Below, piece by piece: positions 9,202-20,746 of a stretch of DNA of 64,000 nt. Each line of letters begins with the position of its first letter. Within the stretch, counting starts at the first letter, position 1. Position numbers and translations under genes: made by a program. The stretch spans positions 2,465-66,464 of the forward strand of contig JAXGPE010000007.1 of NCBI GenBank assembly GCA_040767105.1. Reading direction: 5' to 3'. The notes under the pieces were generated by a model. It did not search any database. It was not told the DNA's origin and was given only the letters and a program-made list of their open reading frames with translations. The stretch comes from Peptococcaceae bacterium (GTDB lineage: Bacteria > Bacillota > Peptococcia > DRI-13 > PHAD01).

Positions 9202-11646
9202 TTAAATCAAGATCTGATTTGAGCTTTGAATTTCACCGCCAAAGCTTTGTAGAATATTTTCGTGTAACTGGTTTACTTCTTCATCGGTCATCGTTCGGTC
9301 ATCAGCCTGCCAGGTTAGCGAAAAAGCTAAGCTCCTTTGTCCTCTTTCGATCTGCTTGCCTTTGTATAAGTCGAATATTCTTGCTTGCTTCAATAATGGC
9401 TGACCCTTTGATAAAATCAGTTCAAGTATCTCTGCTGCAGAAATCTCATCGGGCACAATCACAGCCATATCCCTGATAAGAGCTGGAAATCTCGGTATTT
9501 CCCGGTAGAGTTTGTTTTCTGTTGCGAAATCTGTTGCCTTTTCGATTTCGAATGAACATAGAACAGTTTTTTGTTCAAGACCATAATTTTCCAGGACAAG
9601 AGGGTGTACCTCTCCTATCCAGCCACATTCCTGTTGATGGATAAATATCTTGGCTGCTCTCCCTGGATGTAAGAAAGGTATGCTTTTGTCATGGACAAAT
9701 TTACAATCTTCTTCATTTATACCCAGATTTTTAAAAAGGTTTTCCAAGACTCCCTTTAAATAATAGAAATCATATTCCAGGATAGGGTATGCCCATGTTT
9801 TTTCACTGTGGCCCGTTGCAGCTGCAGCAAGGACATACTTTTCGGTAGGCAATGCACTTTTTTGCAGAAATGTATCATTAAAATAAACTTTGCCTATTTC
9901 ATATATCGCTATGTTTTTGTTTCTTTTATTGTAATTCTTTCTTACTACCTCAAGAAGACCAGCGATGACATTAGTACGCATGATACCCTGTTCTTCTGAA
10001 AGAGGGTTTTGCACCGATATTACATCACGCCACTTATGCTTTTCAGGTATCAATAGCTGATCTAGATGCCGGGGATTTATAAAACTAAAGGTAAGAACCT
10101 GGTAAAGTCCCTGCATAGACATTATTTGCGATGCTTTTGCGCGAACTGTCTGTGCCCAATTTTTCTTGCCCTGAGTCATTTTTCCCCTGGGCAATGTTGT
10201 TGGTATCTTATCATATCCGTTTATACGGGCTATTTCTTCTATTAAATCGACCTCCAGGCGGATATCCCTGCGATATGACGGTATTTGCACCAGCCACGAA
10301 TCACCGTTTGCCTCGAATTCAAAGTTCAGTGCTTCAAGTACCTTCTGGACAACTTCTGTACCTAACTTGGTCCCTAATATTTTATTTATTCTATTTTTGC
10401 GCAGTTTAACGGAAACCTTTTCCTCAGGATTTGGATAACTATCGATATAGCCATGTGCCGGCTTTCCAGCTTCGATTTCCAGTATTAGTTCTGCCGCTCT
10501 TTCTGCAACAAGGGCTGTATTTTCAAGGTCTATGCCTTTTTCAAAACGTTGGGATGCTTCCGAGCGTAATCCAAGCTCCGCAGATGTTCTTCGAATTGCT
10601 GGTCCATGGAAAAATGCACTTTCCAGTAATATATTCTTTGTTTTTAAGGTTACTTCCGACTCCAGACCACCCATTACTCCTGCTATAGCAACTGGTTTGA
10701 GTGCATCTGCAATTACAAGCATATCATTGTTTAAATTTCTGTTTTGTCCGTCAAGAGTTATAATTTTTTCTCCATTTATTGCTTTTCTGACAATTATTTT
10801 TTGTCCTGCTAAGCTATCAAGATCGAAAGCATGAAGAGGCTGCCCTGTCTCATACATAACTAAATTGGTTATATCTACTATGTTATTTATAGGTCTTAAG
10901 CCAATATTCATCAATCTGGCTTTCAACCATAGCGGAGAATCTTCAACATGGACATCACTAATTATTTTAGCAACGTATCTCCGGCATAATTGGGGATCAT
11001 CAATTTGAACACTTGCTTTGACACTATCTCCTGCTCCAGCCCCATGATCAGTTACTGTCGGCAGCTTTAGTTTTCCTCCGGTCAATGATGCAACTTCCCG
11101 GGCAACATTTATCATACCCCAGCAATCAGCTCTGTTAGGCGTTAATCCCAGTTCGAAAACGACATCGTTCAAATTTAACAGCAAGGCAATATCTTCTCCA
11201 GGACATATCTCTCCCGGCAGTGGGTAAATGCCATCTTTTTCCTCACTGGAAAGTTTATCAGGATCAAGTCCCAGTTCTTCTGCTGAACATAGCATGCCTT
11301 CAGAATCTATCCCTTTAAATCCTGTTTTGTATATTTTTCTGCCATCAGCCAATACCGCACCAACCCGGGCTAATGGAACAAGTTGGCCTATTCTTAATCC
11401 CGTGGCTCCGGTCACTACATTTAGAACCATATTATTACCTACATCCACCTTGCATACTTTTAATTTTTCCGTCGATGGATGAGCGAAAACATCTAGCAAT
11501 TTACCGGCAAAGATACCCTCTATTTGATGCTCTCTATGTATGATGCTTTCAACTTCAATGCCTGACATAGTTAATAAACTGGCAGTTTCTGCCGGGGTTT
11601 TCTCGAATTCTACAAGCTCCTTAAGCCATTTCCAAGATATACGCAT
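9202..11646 (-). CDS. pheT: Phenylalanine--tRNA ligase beta subunit
   Basis: SEGMLCSAEELG, LTPNRADC, GQPLHAFD, RFEKG, DLIEEIARINGY; last few residues probably frameshifted. Confidence 0.97.
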   Translation of the reverse strand: MRISWKWLKELVEFEKTPAETASLLTMSGIEVESIIHREHQIEGIFAGKLLDVFAHPSTEKLKVCKVDVGNNMVLNVVTGATGLRIGQLVPLARVGAVLADGRKIYKTGFKGIDSEGMLCSAEELGLDPDKLSSEEKDGIYPLPGEICPGEDIALLLNLNDVVFELGLTPNRADCWGMINVAREVASLTGGKLKLPTVTDHGAGAGDSVKASVQIDDPQLCRRYVAKIISDVHVEDSPLWLKARLMNIGLRPINNIVDITNLVMYETGQPLHAFDLDSLAGQKIIVRKAINGEKIITLDGQNRNLNNDMLVIADALKPVAIAGVMGGLESEVTLKTKNILLESAFFHGPAIRRTSAELGLRSEASQRFEKGIDLENTALVAERAAELILEIEAGKPAHGYIDSYPNPEEKVSVKLRKNRINKILGTKLGTEVVQKVLEALNFEFEANGDSWLVQIPSYRRDIRLEVDLIEEIARINGYDKIPTTLPRGKMTQGKKNWAQTVRAKASQIMSMQGLYQVLTFSFINPRHLDQLLIPEKHKWRDVISVQNPLSEEQGIMRTNVIAGLLEVVRKNYNKRNKNIAIYEIGKVYFNDTFLQKSALPTEKYVLAAAATGHSEKTWAYPILEYDFYYLKGVLENLFKNLGINEEDCKFVHDKSIPFLHPGRAAKIFIHQQECGWIGEVHPLVLENYGLEQKTVLCSFEIEKATDFATENKLYREIPRFPALIRDMAVIVPDEISAAEILELILSKGQPLLKQARIFDLYKGKQIERGQRSLAFSLTWQADDRTMTDEEVNQLHENILQSFGGEIQSSNQILI

Positions 11647-11658
11647 TATTTCGTCCTC

Positions 11659-12681
11659 CTAAAACTGTTCTAAAAAGCGAATATCGTTATCAAAAAGTAA
11701 GCGCAAATCATCCAAATCATACTTGAGCATGGTGATCCTCTCTACACCCATACCAAATGCAAATCCCGTAACTCTTTCAGGATCATATCCACCCATTTCC
11801 AGGACCCGCGGATGGACCATCCCCGAACCAAGTATTTCCAGCCAGCCGGTGTACTTGCAAGCCCGACAGCCTTTGCCATCGCACACACCACAGGATACAT
11901 CAACCTCAGCGCTTGGTTCAGTGAACGGAAAATAGCTTGGCCTCAGCCGGATCTGACGTTTTGCTCCAAACATCTGTTGAGCGAAACTTAGTAAAGTGCC
12001 TTTTAAATCACTGAAACTTATATTTTCATCAATAACCAATCCTTCGACCTGGTGAAACATTGGTGAATGGGTTGCGTCGTCATCACGTCGGTATACTTTA
12101 CCGGGGACGATTATTTTTATCGGTGTCTTTGGATGCATTTTTTCCATTGTCCGAGCCTGTACCGGTGATGTTTGAGTACGCAATAAAATGTCTTTAGTAA
12201 TATAAAATGAGTCCTGCATATCTCTTGCCGGATGATCCCTTGGGATATTTAGAGCTTCGAAATTATAATAGTCGGTTTCGATCTCCGGTCCCTCTTCGAC
12301 TGTATAACCCATGCCTATGAAAATTTCTTCTATTTTTTCCATAACAGTATCTAATGGATGTCTTCGACCAATTTTAGTCACACTGCCAGGCATGGTAACA
12401 TCGATGCTTTCATGGCTGATCCTGCGCTCGATCTCTAAAATTTTTATCTTTTGCAGACTCAAGGATAACTTATTCTCCAATTCATCTCTTATTTCATTGG
12501 CCAGTTGTCCCACCAAAGGACGTTCCGCCGGTGACAGTGTGCCCATGCCCCTTAATACCTGAGTCAGTTCACCTTTTTTACCCATATAACGCACTTTGAT
12601 TTCGCTTAGTTCATCCAAAGATGAGCAATTTTGAAGTTCAAGCAATGCTTGCTTATGAAGCATGATCAATTTTTCACGCAT
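11659..12681 (-). CDS. pheS: Phenylalanine--tRNA ligase alpha subunit
   Basis: [42 protein letters not shown]. Confidence 0.98.
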   Translation of the reverse strand: MREKLIMLHKQALLELQNCSSLDELSEIKVRYMGKKGELTQVLRGMGTLSPAERPLVGQLANEIRDELENKLSLSLQKIKILEIERRISHESIDVTMPGSVTKIGRRHPLDTVMEKIEEIFIGMGYTVEEGPEIETDYYNFEALNIPRDHPARDMQDSFYITKDILLRTQTSPVQARTMEKMHPKTPIKIIVPGKVYRRDDDATHSPMFHQVEGLVIDENISFSDLKGTLLSFAQQMFGAKRQIRLRPSYFPFTEPSAEVDVSCGVCDGKGCRACKYTGWLEILGSGMVHPRVLEMGGYDPERVTGFAFGMGVERITMLKYDLDDLRLLFDNDIRFLEQF

Positions 12682-12699
12682 GCAAAATACCTCCTGATA

Positions 12700-12935
12700 T
12701 AAAATAAAAAAGCTTCCGTCTCAAAAGGGACGAAAGCTGCCTTCCGCGGTACCACCCTGCTTAATCCGAATTGGATCCGCTCTGACTCCTATAACGGGGA
12801 AACCGGCCAGTTTTAAACTTTGTTTTCGAACTGGCAACTTCTGGGTGAACAACATTTCATCCTCTTGGCTGGCTCTCAGTCTTGACCAAGCTTCCTGTAC
12901 AAGTCAGAATCATGACTCCCATTCATTGTTTTTAC
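12700..12935 (-). promoter_or_regulatory. T-box riboswitch (Phe) upstream of pheS
   Basis: AGGGTGGTACCGCG T-box sequence, terminator AGCTTTCGTCCC/GAGACGGAAGCT plus U-tract, Stem I with ACTGAGAG distal motif and specifier TTC (GTTG-TTC-ACCC). Confidence 0.93.
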
Positions 12936-13018
12936 GCAAATCATTTTATCTATAAATGAGAAAGTTGATAAAAACATATGCAGTTACTAAATTTTTCATC
13001 CTCGAGGGGACACTTTTA

Positions 13019-13872
13019 TTATGGAATTATATCACACTCAAAACAATCATGACAAGTCTTCGCGGTTTTCTGGCGTAATATTTCGTAAAGCATCACCGCG
13101 CCAGCCACTGATGCATTTAAAGATTCCACTTCATTCAAGAGCGGTATTTTTATCATAATATCGATCTGTTCCGGCAATATATTTATAAAACCTTGTCCTT
13201 CATTTCCAATAACAAGCGCGACCTTATGCGGGTATTTGATATCAGTATAAAGCTGAGTAGCCTTCGTGCTTCCAGCAGCGATACAATAATTGTTGGTTCG
13301 ACACTTACTAGACATCTTTCCATTTTCTGCAATCACTATTGGGATATTAAATATACTGCCCATAGAAGAACGAATCGCTTTCCATTAAAAGGATCCACAG
13401 TTCGAGACATATGATTGCTTTTTGCTCCGCAAGCCAAGGAAGTACGCATCAGGGTACCAAGATTGCAGGATCTTTGAAGTGCATCAACGATCACAATCAA
13501 TTGATACTCTCCTTCCGGGACATACTCATCTATAGAATATCTCCTTCGCTTTGCGACGGCAACGATACCTTGTGGTGTATCGGTTTCGGAAAATAGATTC
13601 AGAACTGCTTCGCTAACTTCATGGAATAACACGTGCTCGTTCTTTGCTTCTGAAATATAAAGTTTAATTTTATCTAATAATTCCGATCCTTTTTTTCTTT
13701 CCAACAATGAGGCAGAGTAAAATATGACATGCAACGCTCCAGCAGATAAACCCTCTTCAACTAAGCGAATTCCTTCAATAATGAATCTGCCTGATTTTTC
13801 CCGATGTTTTCTCTGATGAAGCTTTTTGATCTCTTTGATTAAATGATTTTCGAAAGAACGAATAATTTCCAT
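13019..13872 (-). CDS. TrmH/SpoU-family RNA 2'-O-methyltransferase (frameshifted)
   Basis: FIIEGIRLVEE, TPQGIVAV, NLGTLMRT, IGNEGQG, ESLNASVAGAVMLYE across ORFs 13336-13872 and 13019-13363. Confidence 0.9.
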
Positions 13873-13895
13873 TTGCTCACCTGTTATGGATTTGT

Positions 13896-13942
13896 TTAAT
13901 TACGATCAAAAGATGGCTAAGCCATCTTTTGATCGTAATTAA
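13896..13942. terminator. Perfect 22-bp inverted repeat; probable terminator after rplT
   Basis: TTAATTACGATCAAAAGATGGC-TAA-GCCATCTTTTGATCGTAATTAA. Confidence 0.7.
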
Positions 13943-13944
13943 TA

Positions 13945-14297
13945 TTACTTGTTTTTCCCTGACTTCTTTTACTAATGAAGTAAATGCATTAATATCGTTA
14001 ACTGCCATATCGCCAATATTTTACGGTTTATGACAATTCCGGCTTTTTCTTAATCCGCTTTATAAAACAGCTGTAGGACATGCCATTCATTCTTGTTGCG
14101 GCATTTATCCGCGCTATCCATAATTTACGGAAGTCGCCCTTCCTTTTTCTGCGATGAGCGTACGCATAGGCAAGCGATTTCATTACCTGCTCATGCGCGA
14201 CGATATAGTTGGATTTAGCTCCTCTATATCCTTTGGCCAGTTTCAATATTTTTTTATGTCTATGGTGCGTAGTATACCCACCTTTAACCCTTGACAT
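13945..14297 (-). CDS. rplT: 50S ribosomal protein L20 (frameshifted in sequence)
   Basis: MSRVKGG...[15 protein letters not shown]...[11 protein letters not shown]; shifted frame continues [16 protein letters not shown]; 3' end approximate. Confidence 0.95.
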
Positions 14298-14322
14298 GTG
14301 TAAACCTCCTTAATAATACTTT

Positions 14323-14520
14323 TTACTTGTAGGGAATAAGCTTGATAACTCTTTGTGCATCAGCTGCTGACATTATAGCTGCCTTTCTCAGATTGCGTTT
14401 TCTTTTCGCTGTCTTCTTAGTCAATATATGTCTTTTAAATGCATGATTTCTTTTTATTTTGCCAGTACCCGTCAGATTAAAGCGTTTTGCTGCTCCACGG
14501 TGTGTTTTCATCTTCGGCAT
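14323..14520 (-). CDS. rpmI: 50S ribosomal protein L35
   Basis: [24 protein letters not shown]...HILTKK. Confidence 0.98.
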   Translation of the reverse strand: MPKMKTHRGAAKRFNLTGTGKIKRNHAFKRHILTKKTAKRKRNLRKAAIMSAADAQRVIKLIPYK

Positions 14521-14539
14521 TTGCGAAGCCTCCTCTCAT

Positions 14540-14778
14540 TTAATGCTGTTTAGGTGACAGAATCATCGTCATATTTCTTCCCTCAAGCTTCGGGTTTTTT
14601 TCGACAGCTGCAATTTCCTGGACAACCAGAGCCATCCTTTCGAGCAGTTCTCTGCCCAGCTGTGGATGTGTAAGCTCTCTGCCCCTGAACATGATCGTAA
14701 CCTTGACTTTGTCTCCATCTTCAAAAAAGCGGATTGCATTCTTGGCTTTTCTTCAAAATAGATCCTCAATGTTAGGGC
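14540..14778 (-). pseudogene. infC: Translation initiation factor IF-3, C-terminal domain only; 5' half absent at this locus
   Basis: Manual translation: PNIED..FE.KAKNAIRF.EDGDKVKVTIMFRGRELTHPQLGRELLERM...EKNPKLEGRNMTMILSPKQH*; IF3 similarity stops near 14778. Confidence 0.85.
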
Positions 14779-14779
14779 A

Positions 14780-15183
14780 GTTTAGAGCCTCTTTCGCAGG
14801 AATTGTTTATGATACGATTCCATTTATCAAACCTGAAAAATCCGTGCAAAAATCACCAGTTAAGTCTAAGAACACTAGGTATATACCTGATGACAGCCAT
14901 TATTTCAAATACGGCCACCAGCTAATCAAAAAGGTCACTTTCGAAGATAACGACATTGCGATTCTTAAGATACTAGAAAAAATCTTCCTTTGGCGCTTGC
15001 CTCCGGCTAGCTGAACACCTTACTTCCTCGCATCATCCCTCGGCTTCTCATATTCAGCATGGCGGCAAACAGATGTCAAGCTTCTTTCCGCTTGATTTCT
15101 GTTTGAGGCCAATTATATTGGGGTGACATTTTGTGCCGATAATTAATGGGCCTTAAGGGTGACATTTTCAAAAGTTATTGACA
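14780..15183 (+). mobile_element. IS remnant (ISNCY/IS481/IS21-like end with a probable transposase C-terminus)
   Basis: Terminus ...AAAGTTATTGACA (reverse complement TGTCAATAACTTTTGAAAATGTCACC) with repeated GGGTGACATTTT at 15121 and 15157; orphan C-terminal reading frame ending at 15014. Confidence 0.6.
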
Positions 15184-15210
15184 TATATTTCTTAAGAGGA
15201 TCTTATATTG

Positions 15211-17114
15211 CTATACTCTATCCTTTATCTCATTCAGTAATTCATTTTTAAAATCAGCCAGCGAAATACTTCCCTTATCCCCTGTTCCGCGAACACGCAA
15301 AGAAGCAGTTCCTTCTTCCATTTCTTTATCTCCGACGATGAGCATATAAGGTACCTTCTCCAGTTGGGCTTCTCTTATTTTATATCCGATTTTTTCACTT
15401 CGGGCATCAAGCTCTACCCTTATTCCAGCGGCAAAAAACTCATCATATATTTTTTGTGCATATGAAAGCTGTCGCTCTGTTATCGCTAAAACCTTAAGCT
15501 GGACAGGAGCAAGCCAAACTGGAAAAGCTGCCGCATAATGTTCGGTGAGTATACCTATAAACCGTTCAATACTTCCAAATGCAACTCGATGGATCATAAC
15601 CGGTCGATGTTTTTGCCCATCTTCCCCGATATAGTTCAAATCGAACCTTTCCGGCATTTGAAAATCTAGTTGTATAGTGCCACACTGCCACGTTCTCCCA
15701 ATAGAGTCGCGAAGATGGAAATCTATTTTGGGACCGTAAAAGGCCCCGTCACCCGGATTTATCTTGTATTCCATTTCTTTGGCCTTCAGAGCTTCCTCAA
15801 GAGAATTTGTGGCCATCTCCCAAACCTCTTCCGAACCCATGGATTTCTCTGGCTTTGTTGACAACTCAACATAATAATCGAAATTAAAACGCTTATACAT
15901 ACTGTCAACCAAATTCACCACAGCAATAATTTCATCCTTTATTTGCTCCGGCAACATGAAAATATGTGCATCGTCTTGGGTAAAGCTGCGCACACGCATC
16001 AACCCGTGTAAGGCTCCAGAAAGCTCATGACGATGGACCAAGCCTAATTCTCCCATTCTGAGCGGAAGATCTCTGTAACTGTGCATACTGCTATTATAAA
16101 CCAGCATAGCTCCCGGACAATTCATTGGTTTGATTGCATAGTCTTCCTCATCAATAACTGTAGTATACATATTTTCGCGGTAGTGTACCCAGTGTCCGGA
16201 TCTTTCCCATAGTTCCCGGTTAAGGATTATCGGGGTTTTTATTTCTTCATATCCAGCAGCCCGATGTATCTCCCGCCAGTACTTCTCGAGTTCATTGCGG
16301 ATAACCATTCCTTTGGGAAGAAAAAATGGGAACCCCGGTCCTTCATCCATTACTGTAAAAAGTTTTAGTTCCTGACCTAATTTTCGATGATCACGTTTTT
16401 TTGCTTCTTCTATTCGATGCAGATATTCTTCCAAGTCAGTCTTTTTGGAAATGAAGTACCATAAATACGTTGGAGCATTTTGTTTTTTTCATTGCCACGC
16501 CAATAAGCTCCAGCAAGGCTTGTAAGCTTGATTGCCTTGACTTTTCCAGTCGAAGGGATATGAGGCCCGGCGCACAAATCTAAAAATTCTCCTTGTTTAT
16601 ATATTGAAATCCGTGCCTCCTCAGGTAAATCTCCAATCAATTCCACCTTATATTTTTCACCTTGTTCCTCTAAAAGGCTGATTGCTTCTTCTCTGGGCAT
16701 TTCTGCTCTTTCCAAATGGTGATCTTCACGTATGATTTTCTCCATTTCTTGCTCTATCATATGTAAATCTTCTGGAGTAAAAACATGTTCTGAGTCAAAA
16801 TCATAGTAAAAACCGTCTGCAATTGCGGGCCCTATACCTAATTTTGTGCCTGGAAATAGTCTTTTTACCGCTTGAGCCAATATATGCGAAGAGGTGTGTC
16901 TGAAGGCATTTTTTCCCTCCTGATCATCAAAAGTGATTATTTCCAGCATTCCGTCTTTTTCTACTTTGCACGTAAGATCGATGATCCGATCATCAAACTT
17001 TGCCGCCATAGCATTCTTGGCCAGTCCCCTGCTTATTTTTCCGGCTATTTCCAAAATCGTGCTTCCCGATTCAAAAGATTTTTTAGAGCCATCCTTTAAA
17101 GTGATTTCAACCAT
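15211..17114 (-). CDS. thrS: Threonine--tRNA ligase (single frameshift near 16430)
   Basis: TGS domain, RHTSSHILAQAVK, DLCAGPH, RDHRKLG, KPMNCP, GAFYGPKIDF. Confidence 0.97.
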
Positions 17115-17139
17115 TTCATTACCTCCAGTTTTATTAAAA

Positions 17140-17390
17140 TAAATAAGCCTCGTCCGGTCAGGGACGAGGCTATCGTGGTTCCACCCTTGTTAACAGAAAC
17201 ATGAATCAATAACCATGTATCTGCACTTTCAAATACCGTTAACGCCAGTTTACGCCTTCTCCGTACTATTACTTCAGGGAAGAAACTCCTAGGCGGTCAA
17301 ATACAAGCTCTCCATACAGCACTTTCAGCCTCGGTGCTGCTTCTCTTTTTTGGATCAGCATGTAAAAGTTGTCCTAGTCATAGTTTTATA
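17140..17390 (-). promoter_or_regulatory. T-box riboswitch (Thr) upstream of thrS
   Basis: AAGGGTGGAACCACG, terminator AGCCTCGTCC/GGACGAGGCT, Stem I with AGAGA and GCTGAAAG, specifier ACC (TTG-ACC-GCCTAG). Confidence 0.93.
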
Positions 17391-17414
17391 TTTCAGTATT
17401 AATATTTCAATGAA

Positions 17415-17443
17415 ATTATATTTAATTTAATAATGGTTGTCAA
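17415..17443 (-). promoter_or_regulatory. SigA promoter for thrS leader
   Basis: TTGACA-17 nt-TATAAT on minus strand. Confidence 0.8.
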
Positions 17444-18044
17444 TAAATATACCAATGGAAAAGGCTACCCTGAAGCGCGCCTATTATAAAACCCAATATT
17501 GCACCAAATATTTCTATGTGCTTGATTTCTCTTGATGCCAGATCTCGAACCATTTTCTCCAGCTGCTGCATATCATATTCGATGACTTTTTGTCTCACTA
17601 CCCGAAACATTTCACTACGAATACTCTCTTTGTCTATCGTATCAAAAACATTGTGAGGCTGTTTCAGGGCTGTTGATATATGACTGCCTATTTCGCGTGC
17701 AAAGTAAACAGAAATAGACCTTTGCAGGGTTCGCGGAAAAAAATTCGGCAGTTTTGCTTCTATTCCATCCGTGACGATAACCTCAGCTTTTTGCGTTACT
17801 TTTTACGCACTTCAGTACGGGCAAGTGTCTCTGTCAGGTCTTGCCCGGTAAGAAGTTCAGAGCTAACGAGCCTGCCTATCGCAGCGGCTATTTCAGATTT
17901 GCGCTTTGGTATAGCCCCCTGCAGCTGTAAGTTTATCAGCGGTACCTTGATTGGCTGATAAGGTCTGAAAAGCAGTTTTATTGCGATCACATTAGTTATC
18001 CATCCAATGACCGATCCAATCAATCCCGTTAAGATTATCAGCAT
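17440..18044 (-). CDS. DUF445 (YheB-like) membrane protein, frameshifted
   Basis: IGWITNVIAIKLLFRP...QGAIPKRKSEIA at the N-terminus; ASREIKHIEIFGAILGFIIGALQ at the C-terminus. Confidence 0.8.
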
Positions 18045-18073
18045 GGCATGCCTCCGGAGGGATTTGAAAATAA

Positions 18074-18979
18074 TTATTTCTTTTCCAAGTATTTTTCTAT
18101 ATCGTACTCTGTGAATTTCTCATCAAGCCAAATAGCATATTCGCTTTGCATTTTTTCTTCCATATAAGCAGTTTTTACTTGTTCCTTATTATCTTCATAA
18201 TTATTATCCTGAACTGTTTTTTTGTCTTCCAAACGAATTATATGGTAACCATAAATAGTTTTTACAGGTGCACTTAGTTCTCCAATTTCCAAGGCAAAAG
18301 CAGCATTCTCAAATTCAGGGACCATTGCTCCTTTTCCAAAATATCCTAAATCTCCTCCGGACTGGCTGTTGCTGTCATCAAGAGAAAACTCCTTTGCCAA
18401 ATCACTAAAATCCTCCCCGGAATTTATTTTGCTGATGATTTCATAAGCTTCTTTTTCTTCTTTTACTAATATATGGCTCGCTTTTATCTGCTCACCCTTT
18501 TCAAAAGAAGCTTTATTATCCTGAAAATACTTTTTCAATTCATCCTCACTGGCTTCAATTCTTAATTCCAGTAATTTTCTGATCTTTATATTTATTATTA
18601 TGTCTTCACGCAGGTCCTCCAGACCCATCCCTGAGGCCTCCAGTTCCTGAAGTATAGCTTCCTGCCCTCCATAATAAGCGTAAATCTCGTTTAATTCTTT
18701 TTCGATTTCTTCTTCCATGATACTGATCCCATTTTTATTGATCTCCTGATCAATTATTTTATTTGTGATAAGCGTGTCGAGTGATCTCAAGCCATTCTGA
18801 TCGACTAAAAATTCATAAAACTCATTTCTACTGATTTTTTCGCCATTCACACTTGCAACTGCCTCTGAATCGTCTTTAGCAGTGGCTGTCGAAATCAAGG
18901 ATCCAATCAGGATACCCACGATCAGTGCCGCGCCAACTGCTATTGCCCCAACGATTTTAACCGTTCTATCGATTTGCAT
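18074..18979 (-). CDS. prsA: PrsA-like foldase (parvulin-type peptidyl-prolyl isomerase)
   Basis: N-terminal hydrophobic anchor; KASHILV, FSDLAKEFSLD, GGDLGYF, MVPEFENAAF, PVKTIYGYHII. Confidence 0.85.
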   Translation of the reverse strand: MQIDRTVKIVGAIAVGAALIVGILIGSLISTATAKDDSEAVASVNGEKISRNEFYEFLVDQNGLRSLDTLITNKIIDQEINKNGISIMEEEIEKELNEIYAYYGGQEAILQELEASGMGLEDLREDIIINIKIRKLLELRIEASEDELKKYFQDNKASFEKGEQIKASHILVKEEKEAYEIISKINSGEDFSDLAKEFSLDDSNSQSGGDLGYFGKGAMVPEFENAAFALEIGELSAPVKTIYGYHIIRLEDKKTVQDNNYEDNKEQVKTAYMEEKMQSEYAIWLDEKFTEYDIEKYLEKK

Positions 18980-19082
18980 TGTTTCCCTCCATACTTTGAT
19001 TGCGTCCAAATATTATTTCATTTAGTGTATGACACAATTAATAATTATACATGCTTTGCTTAAATAAGTATGAGAATAACAC

Positions 19083-19123
19083 AAAAAGACTTGTTCCGCA
19101 AATTTATGCAAATCAAGTCTTTT
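19083..19123 (-). terminator. Probable terminator of the 4-hydroxybutyrate operon
   Basis: AAAAGACTTG...CAAGTCTTTT inverted repeat. Confidence 0.55.
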
Positions 19124-19144
19124 CACTTTATCAATCCCTATGTA

Positions 19145-19936
19145 TTATTTATTTTTAAAACTCGGCTTTCTTTTTTCTAAAAACGCAGATAAGCCTTCAT
19201 AATAATCCTCGGTGCTGAAGATCGTTGCAAAAGCTTCCGCTTCAAAGTCAGTGCCAATCTTAAGTTCCATATTGGCACCTTTGTCGATCAATGCTTTTAC
19301 GCCGATACGGATAGAGATTGGAGCCTTCGACTGTATAGTGCGTGCGACCTTCCTGATCAGTTTCCCCCATTAATTCTTCAGCCGGAACGACCTATCCACA
19401 AGACCGATTTGAAAAGCTTCTTGCGCGGTCATCATTTCACCTGTAAAAATATAATATTTAGCCCGGCCATTACCTACCAAACGAGCAAGACGCTGAGTCC
19501 CTCCCCATCCGGGGATTATACCCAGCCCAACTTCAGGTAATGCAAGTTTTGCTTTTTCCGAAGCAATACGGATGTCACAAGCCATGGCTAGTTCGCACCT
19601 CCTCCGCCCAATGCATATCCATTCACAGCCAAGCGCGACTGGTTTTTCAAGTTCTTCGATTTCACGGTACAATCTCTTGCCCAAAAAGCGAGTATTCTTT
19701 AGCCGGTATGGCCTTCAATGATTTCATTTCAGCTACATATTCCTGCCCCACCTACAATGTGTTGCCACTGCCAGCGATTATGACGATTCCACTGCTTCGT
19801 TTTCTTTCGCTTCTTTTATCGCCTGACCCATTTCACTTAACATTTCGACTGTCGCTGTATTCAGTGACTTTGGTCGATTGACACTGATCGTCATGATCCC
19901 TTCTGTTATTTCTACCAATAAATTTTTGTAACTCAT
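19145..19936 (-). CDS. crt: Enoyl-CoA hydratase / crotonase (several frameshifts)
   Basis: CELAMACDIRIASEKAKLALPEVGLGIIPGWGGTQRLARLVG; C-terminal FLEKRKPSFKNK*. Confidence 0.88.
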
Positions 19937-19949
19937 GCGCATCCTCCTT

Positions 19950-20721
19950 ATGATTAACTGAATCTTTTTTTCATTTCGAATTTCAACTCTTCACGAAACT
20001 TTGGTTGAGCTATATCGATCAAAGCTATTGCCCGTTGTTTCAATGTTTTACCTTTCAGTTCTGCAACACCGTACTCCGTCACTACGTAGTGAACATCATT
20101 CCTTGATGTTGTTACCGCTGCTCCCTGGTCCAAGATTGTACGATACGCGATATTTTCCCTTCAGCCGCGGTGGACAAAGTGGCGATAATAGATTTACCTC
20201 CAGCTGACATACTAGCTCCACGGACAAAATTAACCTGCCCGCCAACACCGCTAAATTGTTTGTAACCAATTGTTTCAGAAGCGATCTGACCCATTAAATC
20301 GACCTGAACGCATGAATTAATTGAGACCATCCGGTAATTCTTCATAATAACAGCCGGATCATTGACATAATCGACCGGGCAAATATCCATCCTTAAACAA
20401 TCTTGGTACCTGAGAAAAAAACAAGGTGTATAATCTGCTCTGCCTTCATTAACAGCTTTTCCGGTCACGCCCCCAACAAATATTGCATTGTGGCGGAAAT
20501 GTTTTTCCATTCCTGGTTGAACATAGGCGCCTTTACCCATTGCAACCATATGGACTATTTCAATATTCTCATACGCATTTTTTATTTTCGATCATTGCTT
20601 CAACCAAAGCAGGTGGTTCTCCGATGCAGTGACCTAAAACAACTCTATCTCCGGATTTGATTTTACGTACCGCATCTTCAGCTTAAGCAAGTCTGCTTTT
20701 ATATATTTTATCCCAGGTCAT
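19950..20721 (-). CDS. 4-hydroxybutyrate CoA-transferase (Cat2/AbfT family); frameshifted and apparently missing its middle part
   Basis: MVAMGKGAY, FRHNAIFVGG, PVDYVNDPAVI, SINSCVQVDLMGQ, SGVGGQVNFVRGA; only about 770 bp versus roughly 1.3 kb expected. Confidence 0.8.
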
Positions 20722-20746
20722 GCGCTCTAACCTCCGCTAAAGTATT

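Noticed and set aside
16410-16450. Split thrS as separate editing and catalytic genes
   Set aside because: The break is one indel in a homopolymer within the conserved GTSFPK...LEEYL segment; no RBS for a second gene.
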